A stretch of DNA of 64,000 nt from Marinobacter sp. (lineage in GTDB: Bacteria; Pseudomonadota; Gammaproteobacteria; Pseudomonadales; Oleiphilaceae). The stretch spans positions 4,847-68,846 of the forward strand of contig DATGQY010000150.1 in NCBI GenBank assembly GCA_035303925.1. Reading direction: 5' to 3'. This document shows positions 1 to 12,314 of this stretch, piece by piece (position 1 is the first letter of the stretch; each line of letters opens with the position of its first letter). The position numbers and the translations under genes were made by a program. Under the pieces are notes generated by a model. It was not told the DNA's origin, did no database searches, and saw nothing but the letters and a program-made list of their open reading frames with translations.

Positions 1-270
1 ACCATGAATGGCGGCAGCCAGAACTTTACCGAAGGGTACGCCGGTCTGGTCGAGGATATTGGCGTAAAAACCCGCCAGAGCCAGCTCGACAAAGACGCTG
101 GCCAAACCCTGCTGGAGCAATCCAACAACCAGAGAGAGTCCATTTCCGGGGTCAACCTGGATGAAGAAGCCGGCAAACTGATCCAGTATCAGGCTGCCTA
201 CAACGCGTCTGCACAGGTTATGTCAGTAGCCCAGGACCTGTTCAATACATTGCTGCAGAGCTTCCGGTAA
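1..270 (+). CDS. flgK: Flagellar hook-associated protein FlgK, C-terminal part (5' end outside the window)
   Basis: C-terminal motif RESISGVNLDEEAGKLIQYQAAYNASAQV; lies directly upstream of flgL. Confidence 0.93.
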   Translation, partial: TMNGGSQNFTEGYAGLVEDIGVKTRQSQLDKDAGQTLLEQSNNQRESISGVNLDEEAGKLIQYQAAYNASAQVMSVAQDLFNTLLQSFR

Positions 271-286
271 GGTGAGGTAAGGTAAA

Positions 287-1519
287 ATGATCCGAATTTC
301 ATCACAGCAGATTTTTTCCGGCGGTATCAACCGGCTGCAGGATCTCAACAGCAATCTGGTGAATACCCAACAACAGATTTCCACCGGTAAGAAGGTTAAC
401 AAACCTTCGGATGATCCGGTGGCGGCGGCCCGTATTCTCAAGCTGGACCAGGATCTCAAGCGGGTAGAAACCTACGGCCGCAACGCAAGCCTGGCTGACA
501 ACCGACTCAAGCAGGAGGAGAGCTCTCTTGCCAGTGCGGTCGACATCATCCAGCGGGTGAGGGAACTGACGGTTCAGGCCGGTAACGGGTCGCTGTCCGC
601 CAATGACCGGAAATCCATATCGGCCGAATTGAAGGAGCGCCTTGGTCAACTGGCCAACGTAGCCAATACCCGGGATGCCTCTGGTGAATACATCTTTAGC
701 GGCTTTCAGGGCAACACTCAGGCGTTCGTCCAGGATGATTCCGGTGCCTGGGTTTACCAGGGGGACGAGGGTCAGCGGGTGCTGGAAATCGATGACGGTG
801 TGACGGTGCCCATCAGCGACCACGGCAAAGGTATTTTCGAAAAGATTCCAGCCTCCGTTTCCATGACCGGAACGAACTCGGTCGACGGCTTTGTATCCGG
901 TCTAGCTCTGGTTAATGAAAGCGATTTGCGAAGCGCGTTTGCGCCTGCGGTACCGGATGACTTGACGGTGACAGTCGTAGATGCAGCAGGCACTCTGTCG
1001 ATCACCGCGAATGGCGGGGCCCTGAATCTGACACCAACACCGGCGCCGGTTGTAGGTGAGACGTTCGAAGTCGCAGGGATTGAACTGACGGTCAACGATG
1101 CCGTTTATGCTGCGCCCCCGGCTGCAACTGATTCGTTTACAATCGGTGTCAGCGACAAGCAGTCGGTCTTCGCAACGATTGAGAACCTGATCAGCGGTCT
1201 GGATACGATTGCCAAAGGCACGCCAAAAACCAATGCAGAGTATGATGCGCTGATTGCCGAGTCGCTTACCAACCTGGATAACGCGCAGGAATCTCTGATT
1301 CTGAAACAGACCGAGCTCGGCGGCAGGCTGAATGCTGTGGAGTCAACCACTGCATTTCTTGATGACTCTGCGCTGTATACCAAGGAGATCCGCTCCCAGC
1401 TTCAGGACGTTGACTATGCCGAGGCCATCAGCAATCTAAGCTTCCAGAGCTTTGTTTTACAGGCGGCCCAGCAGTCCTTCGCGCAGGTTTCCCAGCTTTC
1501 CCTGTTCGATCGATTGTAA
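287..1519 (+). CDS. flgL: Flagellar hook-associated protein 3 FlgL
   Basis: Flagellin-like termini (QISTGKKVNKPSDDPVAA; QDVDYAEAISNL...QLSLFDRL); follows flgK. Confidence 0.95.
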   Translation: MIRISSQQIFSGGINRLQDLNSNLVNTQQQISTGKKVNKPSDDPVAAARILKLDQDLKRVETYGRNASLADNRLKQEESSLASAVDIIQRVRELTVQAGNGSLSANDRKSISAELKERLGQLANVANTRDASGEYIFSGFQGNTQAFVQDDSGAWVYQGDEGQRVLEIDDGVTVPISDHGKGIFEKIPASVSMTGTNSVDGFVSGLALVNESDLRSAFAPAVPDDLTVTVVDAAGTLSITANGGALNLTPTPAPVVGETFEVAGIELTVNDAVYAAPPAATDSFTIGVSDKQSVFATIENLISGLDTIAKGTPKTNAEYDALIAESLTNLDNAQESLILKQTELGGRLNAVESTTAFLDDSALYTKEIRSQLQDVDYAEAISNLSFQSFVLQAAQQSFAQVSQLSLFDRL

Positions 1520-1557
1520 TGACCTGAAGCAATAGGCAATTTTTGCTTGCCGCCCGG

Positions 1558-1585
1558 TTGCTTTCAGGCTCAGGCTCAGTATAAT
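1558..1585 (+). promoter_or_regulatory. Sigma70 promoter of tRNA-Leu/queA
   Basis: TTGCTT-16 bp-TATAAT; 16-bp spacer is typical of stable-RNA promoters. Confidence 0.65.
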
Positions 1586-1601
1586 CCTCCCACTCTCCGA
1601 T

Positions 1602-1688
1602 GGCGGCGTGGTGAAATTGGTAGACACGACGGATTCAAAATCCGTTGGGGTAAAACCCGTGGCGGTTCGAGTCCGCCCGCCGCTACCA
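1602..1688 (+). tRNA. tRNA-Leu(CAA)
   Basis: GGCGGCG/CGCCGCT acceptor stem, anticodon arm ACGGA-TTCAAAA-TCCGT, long variable arm, GGTTCGAGTCC T-arm, encoded CCA. Confidence 0.95.
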
Positions 1689-1728
1689 CTTATTGGCCGC
1701 AACCTGCGGCATCGTGAATAGCCGGCCC

Positions 1729-3950
<2,222 letters not shown>

Positions 3951-3993
3951 TCACAATTTAAATCACGACTCGTCAAATTAACGGAGAACCTGA

Positions 3994-4362
3994 ATGAAAA
4001 CGATCAAACTGCTCATCGCTGGCCTGCTGTCTCTGATGCCTGCATTTGCCATGGCTGAAGGTGCTGCGCCTGGCGGTCAGGGAATGGGCGTCATGGGCCA
4101 GGTTATCTTTTTTGCCGGCTTTATCCTGATTTTCTATTTCCTGATCTGGCGTCCGCAGTCCAAGCGTGCCAAGGAGCACAAAAACCTGATGTCTGGCCTG
4201 AACAAGGGTGACGAGGTTGTCACTTCCGGTGGTGTGGTTGGTCGCATTACCAAGGTTACCGACGATTTCATCGTTCTTGAGGTGGCCGACAACACTGAAA
4301 TCAAAGTGCAGAAGATTGCAGTCGCTGGTGCACTGCCCAAAGGCACGCTCAAGGACATCTGA
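3994..4362 (+). CDS. yajC: Preprotein translocase subunit YajC
   Basis: FYFLIWRPQSKRAKEH, GDEVVTSGG; tgt-yajC-secD synteny. Confidence 0.95.
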   Translation: MKTIKLLIAGLLSLMPAFAMAEGAAPGGQGMGVMGQVIFFAGFILIFYFLIWRPQSKRAKEHKNLMSGLNKGDEVVTSGGVVGRITKVTDDFIVLEVADNTEIKVQKIAVAGALPKGTLKDI

Positions 4363-4452
4363 GCTGATTGATAGCCGGCGCGGAGTGCGCCGGCTGAGTC
4401 ACACTGGCTGAAACACCAAAGGCTGGCGGGTTTGCCGGCTCAAAGGGATCCC

Positions 4453-6327
4453 ATGCTGAATAAGTATCCTCTCTGGAAAAATCTGGTGATCGTGTTCGCA
4501 CTGATCATCGGGTTTATTTACGCCTTACCGAATTTTTTCCCTGACGATTACGCGATTCAGATCACCGGTGCTCGTGGCAGCACCGAGGTAGACCAGCGAA
4601 TTCTGGATCGTGCGTTGGGCGCTCTCGAAAGTCAGGGTATTGAAGTCAAGTCCAGCGCTGTAGAAGAGCGAGATGCACTGATTCGTCTGACCAGCTCTGA
4701 CGACCAGCTGCGGGCACGCCCGGCTGTCCAGGCGGCCCTGGGTAATGACTATCTTGTTGCGCTGAATATGGCTCCATCAACACCGGGCTGGTTGCGTAGC
4801 CTGGGTGCCGGGCCAATGAAACTCGGTCTGGACCTTCGTGGTGGTGTTCACTTCCTGTTGGAAGTTGACATGGAGACGGCGGTCAGCCAGCGACTCGAGG
4901 CACTTTCGGGGCAGATCAAACAGGATATGCGTGACGAGAGGATTCGCTACCGTGGTGGCGATGTTCAGAACAGTCGGGAAATCGTTTTGAGTTTTCGGGA
5001 CTCCGAGAGTCGTACTCAGGCGTTTGAACTGGTTCGCGACCAGTTCAATGAGTTTCTGTTGGATGAAAGCACCGACGGCGGCGAATTTTTGCTCACCCTG
5101 ACGCTTTCTGAAGCAGAGCTTCGCAGCATTCAGGAATACGCTCTGGAGCAGAACCTGACAACGATTCGCAACCGGGTGAACGAGTTGGGCGTCGCAGAGC
5201 CGCTGGTTCAGCGCCAGGGTGCCGACCGAATTATCGTTGAGCTTCCCGGTGTTCAGGACACCGCTCAGGCAAAGCGTGTTCTCGGCGCCACGGCGAACCT
5301 GGAATTCCGTATGGAGGCCCGCCAGGATGCCTCGTCCGCAGAAACCGAACAGTTCAGTTTCCGCGATACCCCGCAGCGGACAGCGCGCCTGGAGCGCGAT
5401 GTGATTGCTACCGGTAACAACGTAGCTAACGCCCAGCAGGCCTTTGACGAGAATGGCCAACCGCAGGTCAATATCACCATGGATTCCGTGGGTGGTGACC
5501 TGATGAATCGCGCTACTCGCAATAACGTCGGTCGGCGCATGGCCGTGCTGTTTATCGAGTTCCGCACCGAGATGGAAACCCGGGAAGTTGATGGCGAGCT
5601 CAAGCAGGTTGAAAACCGGGTTGTTGAGAAAGGTCTGATCAGTCTGGCTACTGTGCAGTCTGCACTTGGCAGCAGCTTCCGTATCACCGGTCTTGATTCG
5701 ATTCCTGAGGCTGCAGAATTGGCGTTGCTGCTTCGTGCCGGTGCGCTGGCGGCGCCCATGTACTTTGTTCAGGAGCGCACCATCGGGCCGAGCCTTGGGC
5801 AGAAGAACATCGATGCTGGCATGATGTCGGTGGCACTTGGCTTCGGCCTTGTCCTACTGTACATGCTGGTTTACTACCGCGGGTTCGGGCTGATTGCCAA
5901 CGTTTCACTGACTCTGAACCTGATGCTGCTGGTTGCTTGCATGTCCATTCTTTCAGCAACCCTGACCCTGCCGGGTATTGCGGGTATCGTGCTGACCGTT
6001 GGTATGGCGGTAGACGCCAACGTATTGATATTTGAGCGTATAAAGGAAGAGCTGAAAGCGGGCATACCGCCGCAAAGCGCAATTAATGCGGGTTACGGCC
6101 GGGCCTTCGTGTCGATTTTCGATGCCAACATCACCACGCTACTGGTTGCCGTGATTCTGTTCGCCATGGGTTCAGGGCCGGTCAAGGGCTTCGCGATCAC
6201 ATTATGTATCGGCATTCTGACCTCCATGTTCTGTGGCCTGATGGTGAGCCGGGGTATTGTGAACCTGGTATATGGCGGCCGAAGGGTCGAGAAACTTTCG
6301 ATCGGGGGGAAGCTCGCTAATGGCTGA
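4453..6327 (+). CDS. secD: Protein translocase subunit SecD
   Basis: MLNKYPLWK, LGLDLRGGVHFLLEVD, TLPGIAGIVLTVGMAVDANVLIFERI. Confidence 0.97.
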   Translation: MLNKYPLWKNLVIVFALIIGFIYALPNFFPDDYAIQITGARGSTEVDQRILDRALGALESQGIEVKSSAVEERDALIRLTSSDDQLRARPAVQAALGNDYLVALNMAPSTPGWLRSLGAGPMKLGLDLRGGVHFLLEVDMETAVSQRLEALSGQIKQDMRDERIRYRGGDVQNSREIVLSFRDSESRTQAFELVRDQFNEFLLDESTDGGEFLLTLTLSEAELRSIQEYALEQNLTTIRNRVNELGVAEPLVQRQGADRIIVELPGVQDTAQAKRVLGATANLEFRMEARQDASSAETEQFSFRDTPQRTARLERDVIATGNNVANAQQAFDENGQPQVNITMDSVGGDLMNRATRNNVGRRMAVLFIEFRTEMETREVDGELKQVENRVVEKGLISLATVQSALGSSFRITGLDSIPEAAELALLLRAGALAAPMYFVQERTIGPSLGQKNIDAGMMSVALGFGLVLLYMLVYYRGFGLIANVSLTLNLMLLVACMSILSATLTLPGIAGIVLTVGMAVDANVLIFERIKEELKAGIPPQSAINAGYGRAFVSIFDANITTLLVAVILFAMGSGPVKGFAITLCIGILTSMFCGLMVSRGIVNLVYGGRRVEKLSIGGKLANG

Positions 6328-7273
6328 TCTTGAAAAGCAACCGTTTGATTTTATGGGGTTCCGGAAGGCTGCTTCCGTGCTTTCAATTGTTCTTGTCGTT
6401 GCCTCTATTGCCCTGTTGGGGGTTCGTGGCCTGAATTTCGGCATGGATTTCACCGGCGGCACGTCGGTTGAATTCGAATATGCGGAGGCTCCAAGCCTGG
6501 ACGACATTCGCGCCAGACTGACTGAAGTCGGGTATGAACAGTTTTCGGTGCAGAATTTCGGTGCCGACACTACCGTGCTGATTCGCATGGCCGAGGCGGG
6601 TAATGACGAGTTGGCCCGCGAGGTAACGGCTGCTCTGTCGGCATCCGGCTCCGAGCTCGAACTGGTCAGCTCCGAGTTTGTCGGTTCCCAGGTGGGCGAG
6701 GAGCTCAAGGTAGACAGCGGTCTTGGACTTCTCATTGCTCTGGCGGTGGTACTGATTTACGTTGGTATGCGCTTCCAGTTCAAGTTTGGTATTGCCTCGG
6801 TCATCCCGCTGGCCCATGACGTGCTGATCGTTCTGGGTGTATTTGCCCTGTTCCAGTGGACGTTTGATCTGACGGTGCTGGCTGCATTGCTTGCGGTTAT
6901 CGGTTATTCCTTGAACGATACCATTGTTGTGGCAGACCGGATTCGGGAAAACTTCCGCAAAATGCGCGTTGGTGAGCCCTGGGATATCATCAATCAGTCC
7001 ATTCACGAAACGATTTCTCGTACCATCAACACCTCCGGTACTACGCTGGTCGTTCTGCTGGCCTTGTATTTCCTGGGCGGTGAGGCGATCAACAACTTTG
7101 CACTCGCACTGATCGTCGGTGTGGTGGTGGGTACCTACTCGTCCATCTACGTGTCGGCGAACATGTTGATGGTCATGGGGGTTACCCGTGAAGATTTGAT
7201 GGATCCGGCGAAAGAAGGTACCGGCGAGGAAGCCGAAGAAGAGCAGCCGCCCGAGTGGCTGAATCGCATGTAA
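6320..7273 (+). CDS. secF: Protein translocase subunit SecF
   Basis: GLNFGMDFTGG, IGYSLNDTIVVADRIREN, GTYSSIY; overlaps the end of secD. Confidence 0.96.
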   Translation: MADLEKQPFDFMGFRKAASVLSIVLVVASIALLGVRGLNFGMDFTGGTSVEFEYAEAPSLDDIRARLTEVGYEQFSVQNFGADTTVLIRMAEAGNDELAREVTAALSASGSELELVSSEFVGSQVGEELKVDSGLGLLIALAVVLIYVGMRFQFKFGIASVIPLAHDVLIVLGVFALFQWTFDLTVLAALLAVIGYSLNDTIVVADRIRENFRKMRVGEPWDIINQSIHETISRTINTSGTTLVVLLALYFLGGEAINNFALALIVGVVVGTYSSIYVSANMLMVMGVTREDLMDPAKEGTGEEAEEEQPPEWLNRM

Positions 7274-7312
7274 CTGCCGGGTACCCGGGCATGGCTTATG
7301 ATTGTCCGGCCG

Positions 7313-7349
7313 AAAAAAACCGCCATCCGTGAGGAGTGGCGGTTTTTTT
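7313..7349. terminator. Bidirectional intrinsic terminator between secF and the suhB-like gene
   Basis: A7-CCGCCA...TGGCGG-T7 hairpin between convergent genes. Confidence 0.85.
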
Positions 7350-7366
7350 ATGCCTTCGATAATGTT

Positions 7367-8179
7367 CTATCGGGGCAGGCGACCACGGAACGGGTGCAGT
7401 ACTTTCAGAATTTCTCTGAACAGCTTAGGGTTTGCGACGATCAACTGACGAGCATTGCCGATGGACGGGTTGCCGGAAAAATCGCCCGTTAGAGCGCCGG
7501 ATTCCATGGCCAGGGTAACGCCCAGGTCAAGATCCACAGCCTCAGGGCGGAAGATGATGGCGGCGTCCAGCAAGCCGGCAGATACGCGGGCAATGTCCAG
7601 CACGACACAGCCGGACGTGCGGAACATACCGGTTTCACGGGCCAGGGTGGCAGCCATCTCGCCCCAGATCATCGGGTCGTCGCCTTGACGTGACTGGTCC
7701 AGCAGGTTGGTTGCAAGCGCTGATTTGGCTGGCAGCTTGACCTCTGATGCCCGCACGCGCCGGCTGTTCAGTGCTGCGCCATGGCCGCGGCTTGCTGAAT
7801 ACTCTTCACCGGTAACCGGGTTAACCAGCAGCAGGTTCTCGGTGCGGTTGTTTTTCTTTTGCGACAGAGCCAGAGCGAACTCCGGAATACCCCGGACAAA
7901 GTTGTCGCGGCCCAGCACCGGGAATATGTGCCAGCTCCGTTCGCTGCCATTGGCATCAGCCTCACCCATGGGTGCGATGGTGTGATCTTTGTAGGCTTTA
8001 TCGAGCTGCTCTGCGAAGTTGTCGTAGATCGACTGCTCAACCCGCTCCAGCTGCCGATAACGCTCGGATTCGTCTTTGCCGTTGGGTTCCTGTCGCTCGA
8101 AATGGGCTTTCAGGTAATCAGACCCCTGGCGGGCTACGCGCAGGGCCATTTTAATTGCTGGTTCCATCTGAGTGTTCAT
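7367..8179 (-). CDS. suhB: SuhB / inositol monophosphatase family protein with degenerate catalytic motifs
   Basis: Divergent from trmJ as in the canonical suhB locus; IMPase-fold segments NFVRGIPEFALAL, EEYSASRGHGAALNSRRVR, RTSGCVVLDIARVSAG; the DPxDGT motif is absent. Confidence 0.8.
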   Translation of the reverse strand: MNTQMEPAIKMALRVARQGSDYLKAHFERQEPNGKDESERYRQLERVEQSIYDNFAEQLDKAYKDHTIAPMGEADANGSERSWHIFPVLGRDNFVRGIPEFALALSQKKNNRTENLLLVNPVTGEEYSASRGHGAALNSRRVRASEVKLPAKSALATNLLDQSRQGDDPMIWGEMAATLARETGMFRTSGCVVLDIARVSAGLLDAAIIFRPEAVDLDLGVTLAMESGALTGDFSGNPSIGNARQLIVANPKLFREILKVLHPFRGRLPR

Positions 8180-8353
8180 TATCCGGGTGTGTGAAGGCCG
8201 AATATGATAGCAAAAACTCTCGCACCTTGTCTGTTTTTTGGCTCAGCAAAAGCACGGATATCACAGCGTTGCGGGATATCCGGAGAGCGGAAACCCATGG
8301 CTTTCTGGTATCATTCGCTTCTTTTTTCCGATCATTAACGAGCAACAGGCCCG

Positions 8354-9220
8354 ATGACCATGCACGAACCCGCGCTGCCGCCGGATGGAACTGATACCTT
8401 TAACGACCAGATTCGAATCGTTCTGGTTGAAACTTCCCATTCGGGCAATATCGGTGCGGTGGCTCGGGCCATGAAGAATATGGGGCTCGGGAATCTCTGG
8501 CTCGTAAATCCGGCGTCCTTCCCGGACGAGACCTCCTATGCGCGTTCCGCAGGCGCCTCGGATGTTCTCGACAGAGCTCAGGTTGTGTCCTCCCTGGACG
8601 AGGCCCTGGCAGACTGCGTGCTGGTTATGGGAACGAGTGCCCGGGGCCGCAAGGTGCCCTGGCCGGTGATTGCGCCGACCCAGGCTGCGGCAACCGCCGC
8701 AGGGCATAGTGCGCAGGGAAAAGTCGCTTTGGTATTTGGCCGTGAAAACCATGGTTTGTCCAACGATGAGTTGCAGCGTTGTCACTACCACATTCACATT
8801 CCATCGAACCCTGACTACAGTTCATTGAATCTGGCCATGGCTGTGCAGGTGTTGTGTTACGAACTTCGAATGCAGTACCTCCGGGGGCTTGAAGACAGTG
8901 AGTCCAGCCCTTACCTCGAACCTATGGTGGCGCCGGGTGATCCGGGCTGGGATGTTCCTCCGGCAACGGTAGGTGAGGTTGAAGGGTTTTTCGGGCATTT
9001 CGAGCAGGTTCTCGTGGATGTGGATTTCCATCGCCGTGACAACCCGCGCCATCTTATGGCGCGTTTGCGGAGGTTGTTCCAGAGAGCTCGAATGGATCAG
9101 ATGGAAGTGAATATTCTCCGGGGCGTGCTCGCCTCCATTCAAAAGGCGGCTGGCTCCCAAAAAGGTGGCACCCAGAAGAAGTCTGAGGCGGCTGCGGCCA
9201 AAGTAGAAGGGCAGGAATAA
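8354..9220 (+). CDS. trmJ: tRNA (C32/U32)-2'-O-methyltransferase TrmJ
   Basis: [52 protein letters not shown]. Confidence 0.93.
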   Translation: MTMHEPALPPDGTDTFNDQIRIVLVETSHSGNIGAVARAMKNMGLGNLWLVNPASFPDETSYARSAGASDVLDRAQVVSSLDEALADCVLVMGTSARGRKVPWPVIAPTQAAATAAGHSAQGKVALVFGRENHGLSNDELQRCHYHIHIPSNPDYSSLNLAMAVQVLCYELRMQYLRGLEDSESSPYLEPMVAPGDPGWDVPPATVGEVEGFFGHFEQVLVDVDFHRRDNPRHLMARLRRLFQRARMDQMEVNILRGVLASIQKAAGSQKGGTQKKSEAAAAKVEGQE

Positions 9221-9224
9221 AAAC

Positions 9225-10007
9225 ATGTTTGAACGTTTGCGCGAAGATATAAAAAGCGTGTTTCACCGGGATCCTGCGGCACGCAACACCTTTGAAGTAT
9301 TAACTAACTACCCGGGCCTGCACGCATTGTTGCTCCACCGCCTGTCTCACTGGCTCTGGAATCTTGGTCTGAAATGGCTGGCCCGAACGCTTTCCACTCT
9401 GGCGCGCTGGTTTACGGGCATTGAGATTCACCCGGGCGCCACAATTGGCCGGCGTTTCTTTATAGATCACGGTATGGGCGTTGTGATTGGTGAGACAACC
9501 GTTATTGGTGATGATGTGACGCTCTACCAAGGGGTTACCCTGGGCGGAACCAGTTGGAACAAGGGGAAGCGCCATCCCACCATTGGCGATGGCGTGGTTG
9601 TAGGCGCCGGCGCCAAGATTCTGGGGCCCTTCGAAGTGGGCGAGGGCGCCAAGATCGGCTCCAATTCGGTGGTTACCAAGGCGGTACCGGCCGGTGCGAC
9701 CGTGGTGGGTATCCCTGGCCGGGTGATTGTGAAGCGTAAAACGGAGGACGACGACGTTCGCCGCAAGGAAATGGAAGAGCGGATGGGGTTCGATGCCTAC
9801 GGCGTAACGGAAGAGATGCCAGACCCGGTTGCCCGCGCGGTTCGCTCACTGCTCGACCACATGCATGCTGTTGATGATCGCATTGAAACCATGTGCAAGG
9901 CTATTCGCAAGGTCAACAGTGAATACCAGAACGGTGAGTTGCCGCCATTGCACGAGGAGGATTTTGACTGTGTTCGGGATGAGGCGGATGTCGAGGGTAA
10001 GGGTTGA
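9225..10007 (+). CDS. cysE: Serine O-acetyltransferase
   Basis: [32 protein letters not shown] hexapeptide repeats, KRHPT. Confidence 0.95.
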   Translation: MFERLREDIKSVFHRDPAARNTFEVLTNYPGLHALLLHRLSHWLWNLGLKWLARTLSTLARWFTGIEIHPGATIGRRFFIDHGMGVVIGETTVIGDDVTLYQGVTLGGTSWNKGKRHPTIGDGVVVGAGAKILGPFEVGEGAKIGSNSVVTKAVPAGATVVGIPGRVIVKRKTEDDDVRRKEMEERMGFDAYGVTEEMPDPVARAVRSLLDHMHAVDDRIETMCKAIRKVNSEYQNGELPPLHEEDFDCVRDEADVEGKG

Positions 10008-10040
10008 ATACTTGACTGTTTTGGTAGGTCAATTCATACT
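10008..10040 (+). promoter_or_regulatory. iscR promoter with an overlapping type-1 IscR autoregulatory site
   Basis: TTGACT-17 bp-CATACT; ATACTTGACTGTTTTGGTAGGTCAA resembles the type-1 IscR box. Confidence 0.7.
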
Positions 10041-10085
10041 CGGCCATGCAAATCGATATTCAATCCCATTACCGGGGCTGAGAAT

Positions 10086-10583
10086 ATGAAGCTCACCACA
10101 AAAGGCCGTTACGCCGTTACAGCGATGCTGGATCTGGCCCTGCACGGCAGTGAAGGTCCGGTGAGCCTTGCGGACATTTCAGCCCGCCAGGAAATATCCC
10201 TTTCATACCTGGAACAACTTTTTTCCCGCCTGAGGCGGCAGAAGCTGGTGGTCAGCGTCCGTGGACCAGGCGGTGGGTACCGGCTAAGTCGATCCGCTGA
10301 CGATGTGTATATCGCCGAAGTGGTGGACGCCGTCAGTGAATCGCTGGACACCACGCGGTGTGGGAACAAGGGCGACTGCCAGAATGGCGAAAAGTGTCTC
10401 ACTCATCATCTGTGGTCCGATCTCACGGATCAGATTCACCAGTTCCTGAGCGATATCAGTCTCGGTGATTTGATGCGCAAGCGTGAAATCCGGCAGGTTG
10501 CAGATCGTCAGAACCGTAAGCAGTCAGAATCCACCGCGGATGCGATAAACACCCGCCAACTGACAGACCAGGCTTCGGCCTGA
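10086..10583 (+). CDS. iscR: Fe-S cluster assembly transcription factor IscR
   Basis: [27 protein letters not shown], cluster ligands C-x5-C-x5-C...H. Confidence 0.97.
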   Translation: MKLTTKGRYAVTAMLDLALHGSEGPVSLADISARQEISLSYLEQLFSRLRRQKLVVSVRGPGGGYRLSRSADDVYIAEVVDAVSESLDTTRCGNKGDCQNGEKCLTHHLWSDLTDQIHQFLSDISLGDLMRKREIRQVADRQNRKQSESTADAINTRQLTDQASA

Positions 10584-10606
10584 TAACAGCATACTCTCCT
10601 TAACTT

Positions 10607-11755
10607 ATGAAAAAGCCTGTGTACCTGGATTATGCGGCGACCACGCCCGTTGACCCTGTTGTTGCTGAAGAAATGGCTAAATACCTCACAGTCGACGGTG
10701 TTTTTGGCAACCCTGCATCTCGCTCCCACGGTTATGGATGGCAGGCCGAAGCTGCCGTAGAAAACGCTCGCCGTCAGGTAGCCGAACTCATTCATGCCGA
10801 TCCAAGAGAAATTGTCTGGACTTCCGGTGCCACAGAATCGGATAACCTGGCCATAAAAGGTGTCGTTGATGTCAACTCGAGTCCACACATTGTGACCTCG
10901 TTGATTGAGCACAAGGCGGTAGTTGATACCTGTAAATGGCTGGAACAGCAGGGGGTTGACGTCACCTGGTTGACTCCGCAACCCGATGGCAGGATCTCGC
11001 CTGAATCCGTCGCGGAATCGCTCAAGGACAATACCGTTCTGGTCAGTCTGATGATGGTTAACAACGAATTGGGTTGTGTCACCGACATCCAGTCCATCGG
11101 CGCGATGCTTCGAGAGCGTGGCGTGCTTTTTCACGTAGATGCTGCACAGGCCGCTGGCAAGTTGCCGCTCAATGTTGCCAGCCTGAATGCTGATTTGCTG
11201 TCGTTGTCGGCTCACAAGGTGTACGGGCCGAAGGGAATTGGTGCTCTTTACGTTCGACGATCGCCGGATGTTCGGGTGCAGGCCCAGATTCATGGCGGTG
11301 GTCACGAGCGCGGAATGCGGTCCGGCACGCTGGCTACCCATCAAATTGTCGGTATGGGGCAGGCCTTTGAACTGGCTGGCCAGAGGCTTGACGCCGAAAT
11401 CGTGAGCCTTGAGGCGATGCGGCAGACATTCCTTGCCGGCCTGGAGTCTCTGGAAGGCGTGTATTTCAACGGCAGTCGTGAGCACCGGGTGCCGGGTATT
11501 GTTAACCTGTCTTTCCAAGGCGTTGATGCTGAGTCGTTGATGTTAGGTCTGCGTAACCTCGCGGTTTCGTCAGGTTCGGCCTGTGCCTCTGCCACGGTTG
11601 AACCCTCCTTCGTATTGCGGGGAATCGGAGTGAGCGATGAGTTGGCCCACCGAGCGCTGCGATTCTCGTTTGGCCGCTTCAGCACCCATGAAGAAATAGA
11701 GTTTGCCGTTGCGCAAATTATTGATGTCGTTACGCGACTTCGCACGGTGCGGTAG
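10607..11755 (+). CDS. iscS: Cysteine desulfurase (IscS-type, group I)
   Basis: [24 protein letters not shown] lysine, [18 protein letters not shown]. Confidence 0.92.
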   Translation: MKKPVYLDYAATTPVDPVVAEEMAKYLTVDGVFGNPASRSHGYGWQAEAAVENARRQVAELIHADPREIVWTSGATESDNLAIKGVVDVNSSPHIVTSLIEHKAVVDTCKWLEQQGVDVTWLTPQPDGRISPESVAESLKDNTVLVSLMMVNNELGCVTDIQSIGAMLRERGVLFHVDAAQAAGKLPLNVASLNADLLSLSAHKVYGPKGIGALYVRRSPDVRVQAQIHGGGHERGMRSGTLATHQIVGMGQAFELAGQRLDAEIVSLEAMRQTFLAGLESLEGVYFNGSREHRVPGIVNLSFQGVDAESLMLGLRNLAVSSGSACASATVEPSFVLRGIGVSDELAHRALRFSFGRFSTHEEIEFAVAQIIDVVTRLRTVR

Positions 11756-11823
11756 GCAGTCGGCCCCTGACTGCGTATAATCTAACCCCTGATTTTTAAC
11801 CCTAACCAGATTGGAGAATTACC

Positions 11824-12252
11824 ATGGCAAATGAGCGCACGCTCTCGATCATCAAGCCCGACGCGGTCGCCAAGAATGTGATCGGCGAAATCTACAGCCG
11901 TTTCGAGAAAGCCGGCCTGAAAATCGTCGCTGCCAAGATGATGCACCTGACCCAGGAGCAGGCAGAAGGCTTTTACGCCGAGCACAAAGAGCGTCCTTTC
12001 TTCAACGATCTGGTTGCTTTCATGACGTCTGGCCCTGTTGTTGTTCAGGCCCTGGAAGGCGAAGGCGCCATCCTGAAGAACCGCGAGCTGATGGGTGCTA
12101 CCAACCCTAAAGAAGCCGAAGCGGGTACTATCCGTGCCGATTTCGCGTCTTCCATTGATGCCAACGCCGTTCACGGTTCCGACTCTGCGGCGTCTGCCGA
12201 GCGTGAAGTTGCGTATTTTTTTAACGACAACGAAATCTGCCCGCGCGGCTGA
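11824..12252 (+). CDS. ndk: Nucleoside diphosphate kinase
   Basis: [20 protein letters not shown]. Confidence 0.98.
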   Translation: MANERTLSIIKPDAVAKNVIGEIYSRFEKAGLKIVAAKMMHLTQEQAEGFYAEHKERPFFNDLVAFMTSGPVVVQALEGEGAILKNRELMGATNPKEAEAGTIRADFASSIDANAVHGSDSAASAEREVAYFFNDNEICPRG

Positions 12253-12261
12253 TGTTGTCTG

Positions 12262-12289
12262 TTCAGGGGTGGCATGTGCCGCCCCTGAA
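12262..12289 (+). other. 12-bp intergenic hairpin between ndk and rlmN
   Basis: TTCAGGGGTGGC-ATGT-GCCGCCCCTGAA with no clear U tract; likely a 3' stabilising stem or weak terminator. Confidence 0.55.
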
Positions 12290-12314
12290 TTGGTTATCTG
12301 ATCGAGGTTATGCC

